From Eledone cirrhosa (Eukaryota), in assembly GCA_964016885.1 (NCBI GenBank), contig OZ024761.1:17670001-17734000 (forward strand): 64,000 bases of DNA, written 5' to 3'. The notes below the pieces were generated by a model that searched no databases, was not told the DNA's origin, and saw nothing but the letters and a program-made list of their open reading frames with translations. Both the position numbers and the translations under genes were made by a program. Of this stretch, positions 59,071-64,000 are shown piece by piece (positions within the stretch are counted from its first letter, which is position 1; each line of letters starts with the position of its first letter).

Positions 59071-60047
59071 AAAATAAAGCGTTTGCAAAGTTTCTAAATC
59101 TGCTAAAAATGAAAGATAAATCTCTCACTCTGTCTCCAATATGTAATAAACCGTGACTTATATATATATATTTGTATGTATGTGTGTATAAATATATATA
59201 TATATATATATACCTAAGAATGTACATGCACACACACACGTATATGTATATATATTTATATGTATACATATATACATACATGCATATATACATCTGTGTC
59301 TATATATATATGTACATATATGTGTAAATATGTATATATATTAGTGTATATATATTGCTATGTATATGCATATTCGTATAATTATACTCTATATTATTAG
59401 TCCATATATTCATATACAGTTATCCCCCCGGCATTCGTGGGGTTTACGGTCCTAGAGAACCCGAGAATAGTGAAAAACCGCGAATATTGTAGATGGTCCA
59501 TAGAAATGCCTATAAACCTCGAAATAAAACGTAAAATATAATAAAAATCGAGTGAGCGTTTTATGCGAAGGGGCGTCCAATAGGCCAGAAAATACAATAT
59601 ATTGTTGTTAATAATTTAGCGTTAAAACAATATATATTATCACGAAAAAGGCATATATATATATATATATTGATTTGACTGCTATCTCTAGCATACACTA
59701 GAAAAAACCGGAGGTGGAGAAAATTGAAAAACTTCTTCTTTTTCCCCCCTCTAACTTTTCAAACAAAAGAATATTTTATGTAAACAAAAACGAAATTTTT
59801 GCCAAGAAAGATAACTCTTCTCTGACTTAAATCCAAAATTGGGATACAAAAAATTGCGGAAATTTTTTTTGCATCCCAATTTTGGATTTAAGTCAGCGAA
59901 GAGTTATCTTTCTTGGCAAAAATTTCGTTTTTGTTTACATAAAATTTCCTTTTGTTTAAAAAGTTAGAGGGGGAAAAAGAAGAAGTTTTTCAATATTCTC
60001 CGCTTCCGGTTTTTCTTTTTATGCTAGAAATAAGGGTGAAAGCAATA

Positions 60048-60098
<51 letters not shown>

Positions 60099-60352
60099 TG
60101 AACCCCGACATTCGCGGGCCTATTTATTTGCGGAATATTCCTTAGAACCTAAGTAATAGTGATATATATATATAGAGAAATAGACATACATATATATATA
60201 CACACATATATATCTATATATGTATGTGTGTATACATATATTTATGTATATATATAAGTATTTATATGTATATATACATTTATACATATATATATATATA
60301 TACATACATACATACACACACATATATTTATATGTACACACACACATATATA

Positions 60353-60411
<59 letters not shown>

Positions 60412-60472
60412 TGTGCCAATCTATTGAGTACATTGTATTTATTGTGGTTTCTCCCCGGCAATCTACATACGC

Positions 60473-60511
<39 letters not shown>

Positions 60512-63500
60512 TATATATTTATATATATTTATTAGAAGAGGTAAGACGAGTCGCACCTCGTACCCAAAGTACGACATTTGGCTGCTAATTCTAGCAGGTT
60601 TAGAATTTACTATTTTCCAAACAGAATTCTGCTTTACACCTTTCACTCTAAACTCGATTTCAAATTACCGGGGAGTTTGTTGAAGCAGGGTTCAACTGAA
60701 ATATCTACACCGGTAACTTAATTAGTGTTACACCGGTATCCCTGAGTCATAAACTATTTGGCATTCTTCGAAGGAGGTACTGGTTTTTTAGCTGTCTTAA
60801 ATGGACTATATACGCACACAATGCATATACATAAATTAATGTTTTTCTCTGTAGAAAGAGATTGACATCATTTCTTAAATCATTATTTAGGGTTTTACAA
60901 CAAAACATATTGTATGTGTAATTATACATACATTGAATTTACGTATTTATTTTTTTTATTTTTACCTACACTTTAGTAGTATATATATATATTCATTTGT
61001 GTGTGCGTTCATTTCGTGGGTAACTGCAGTTAACGTTCGTCTCGTGTTGGGTTTTATTACAGAGTTAAAGCGACTAGAGTGAGAATAAAAAAGTAAGAAA
61101 GATCGAAAACACTGTTGTATATAAATTTTATTGGCACATTAGAATTGTTACAATATTGATAGCTCGGAGTACAATCATAATATGTATATATTTTTCACAT
61201 AAAATTAATATTCAAACTGACTCCAGTGTGTTTATTTTAAAGCGACGTAATTCTACCTCCCAGAGATTTGAACACAGTTTCATGTTACTGGGTGGTACAA
61301 TGAAGCAGAGAGAGTATAAATTCGCTACACTGGTGGCATATTTGGTGTTTCACCGGTTTTCTTATAACAACACACTGGATACGACTTGCATGATAGAGGT
61401 AATGTTTTATTTGTCTTCTGTGTTAGAGTATAACTGTAGTTTGACTTGTTAAATTTATAGTATATATCTGTTATATATATTCTTAACTATGCTATGATAG
61501 CATCTCAATTACTAATTTCATCTCTTCGGAGGTTACTGCCCTGATGTCATCTCTTCCACTAAGACACTCTCCACAAGCTTGCCTCTCCTCGTATCATCAC
61601 CCAAAGTTGTATCAATCTCCACAAAGCCAACACTTCTCATTATGTCTAAGAAAGCCACCTCAAGCAAGTGTTTCGACGTGTGTGTGTAGAATAAACGCAA
61701 GGTTTGACGGAACAAGAAAATAAAAATTATTCCTTCTCATATATATATCTTGTACATTGTATTATATTAAGGTGTTTCTGTAAATTAAAGCAATGAAATT
61801 GACCCCTAAATTTAACGACACTTTTATATTAACAGACATTCTTCATCTTCATAGTAAGTTAAATCAAGGGTTTACTACTTGGTGCATTTATGTGTCTTTG
61901 TCTTATCTCCAAATAAAGTTTTAAATAGTATGGCACGTTTATTTATATGCTGACTGTCTTACCACCAGAGAGAGAAAAATAAAGCTTTAAATGGCATGAC
62001 TACGTGTTCAAAGCAAGCAAATTCCTTACAGTGTGAGGATAAAAAAAAAAATTTATGTTTTAAGTTGATTCGAAATCCAAACACGGCATTCCCCAGTTCT
62101 ATGTCTTACCACTAGACTATAAAGACTTAACTGATTTTCTTCTTAATATATACATATATAAACTTATTTTCAGTCTAACAATAAAATAGCTTTAAATGTG
62201 TCTATTTCCACTCTGTATTTGTTAGTCTGTAGGTGGCCATGTGGGTAGTTGAGGAGTATCTCCGCATCAATTGAGTGTGTATAGATTGGTGATAGGGTTT
62301 CGATCTTCTACTTTATCTTAAATTTAAATAAGTTTTATTTTTTTCATCTAAAGAATGGTCTCCACCTTTTTATTAGTTCCCCCTCCGCTCGAACCTACAC
62401 TACCTACACAACCACCAAGTGGCCGTAATTCTACTGCGCAAATTTCATATATTTAAATCTATTTTAGCATTTCTTTGATAAAGAACCACATACGATGTTT
62501 GACATAATTGAAAAAAAAAAGAAAAAATATTATTTTACTATTTCATAAGCTCTGGCAGGTATCGAAAACCTCATATATGGATTCATTTTACTTACATCAT
62601 AAACACACATATGTATATATAATAATAATTTTTTGATAACTTTTCAGTGACAAAATACATACATGGATAGGGTTTCCAATCTCAGAATATATCTCCACTA
62701 GGAATGTGTGTGTGTGTATATCTTTATTATTCCTTTGAAAAGTAGTTTTAATTTTAAAAAATTATATATTTCACTATTTCTAAAGTCTTGGCAGATATTC
62801 CATCTCCATCTATAGATTCATTTAAATACATTGTATTTGACTTACGTGAAATTCAATATATAATTTTTTTCTAAATTTTGTTTTCAAGTACCAAAATAAA
62901 AACAAATTAGTAAGGTTTTCAGTCACTTAAATGCGTGATTGTTATAGACACTTAACTGTTGTTGTCGGGCTGTCATATTTACCGTCATGTGTGCATTTAA
63001 ATCTGACTGAGTCAATCCTCCCATTCTCCTGGTCTAAAAACGGCCTATTTATTTTACAGGAGAGAAAGCGAGATACCTTACTTATGCCTTTAAACGTTAA
63101 TTTTGCACTTGACTTATAATTCCCTTTCCTTCTCTTTAGATTGAAAAACAAAAATATTTTACGTCTACAATTATATTCAACATAATTCATGTCAGTCTTC
63201 ACAAGTTTTTGCTACATCTGATTCAAGCTGTTATGGCTTTGGGAGGAAAGTATCCAGCTAAGAATGTATTCCGTAGTAAGTGTCATAAGAAAGATTTGTA
63301 GGTCTAAGAAACCTAACAAATAGATTTCAAATTTGTCGGCAATTAAACAAAACTTTAAAATAAGCAATACTAAAGCCACAAACGTTTTTCTATCTACGTC
63401 TCAGCTGAAGAAAAAAAAAAAAAACAAACCGCTCGAATGATTACGAGGAGTGCAAATAGAGAAATATAGCTAATGAACCATTAATTTCTGTATTGTGTAA

Positions 63501-64000
63501 ACATACTCTAACACAGAAAAACATAACATTACCGTTTATGAACACATTTCGGAGTCATACTAACTAAATTTATTTTAGCATTTCTTCAATAAAGAACAAC
63601 ATACAGTGTTTGACATAATTGAAAAAAAATAATATTGTGTTACTATTAAGCTTTGGCAGATATTGAAATCCTATCTACAGATTCGTTTAAATATATTATA
63701 TTGGACTTAAAACTGAGGAAATTATTTTTAAACGTTTGTTTTCCAGTACCAAAATAAAAATACATTAGTAAGGTTTTCTGTCTCATAAATGCGTGGTTGT
63801 TATAGACACTTAACTATTGTTGTAGGGGTACCGTAATTACCGTCATGTGGGCATTTAAACCTGACCGAGTCAATCCTCCCCTCCTCCTGGTTTAATAACT
63901 GCCGATTTATTTTGCCAGAGAGAAAGAGATATTTTTCTTTTCTTTAAACGTTAATTTTGCACTTGGCTTATAATTCCTTTTTCTTCTCTTAGATTGAATA
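54905..64000 (+). repeat. Recent ~2.9-kb direct duplication (54905-57805 and 61120-64000+)
   Basis: Colinear and near-identical; the second copy runs off the window end. Confidence 0.92.
59685..60030. mobile_element. Fold-back MITE (~345-bp hairpin) in (TA)n
   Basis: Arms AAAAAACCGGA...TGGGATACAAAAAA / TTTTTTGCATCCCA...TCCGGTTTTT. Confidence 0.7.

Overview
Repeat-dense, AT-rich animal DNA. The SINE/RTE repertoire and microsatellite load suggest a coleoid cephalopod, probably an octopus (inference, not a database result). One host gene is recognisable: ELP4 (Elongator subunit 4) on the + strand, with nine GT-AG coding exons at 25756-50196 that splice in frame from GGGIAVGSVVLI to the conserved C-terminal HLDF*. 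The first coding exon was not found and probably lies upstream of the window. The rest is intron or intergenic DNA containing non-LTR retrotransposons (CR1, several RTEs including one full-length copy with TSDs, a Tx1/L1 3' end, a CRE remnant, a Penelope GIY-YIG remnant), two tRNA-derived SINE families, DNA transposons (piggyBac MITEs, a DD37D/maT relic, mariner and Tigger MITEs, a Helitron), many minisatellites and a nested inverted/direct duplication at 53.8-64 kb. Most six-frame ORFs are microsatellite artefacts. Most notable: (1) about a dozen minimal type I hammerhead-ribozyme motifs, read by eye, in short fold-back elements mostly inserted in (TA)n tracts, including one family whose stem II differs in sequence between copies but keeps its pairing, with sense-strand copies inside ELP4 introns; (2) RTE reverse transcriptases with a complete C4HC3 PHD finger inserted inside the RT domain; (3) the ELP4 C-terminal codons amplified into a 44-bp 3'UTR minisatellite; (4) a duplicated ELP4 splice donor. 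Exon boundaries were checked base by base; most repeat boundaries are approximate. No searches or folding computations were run.
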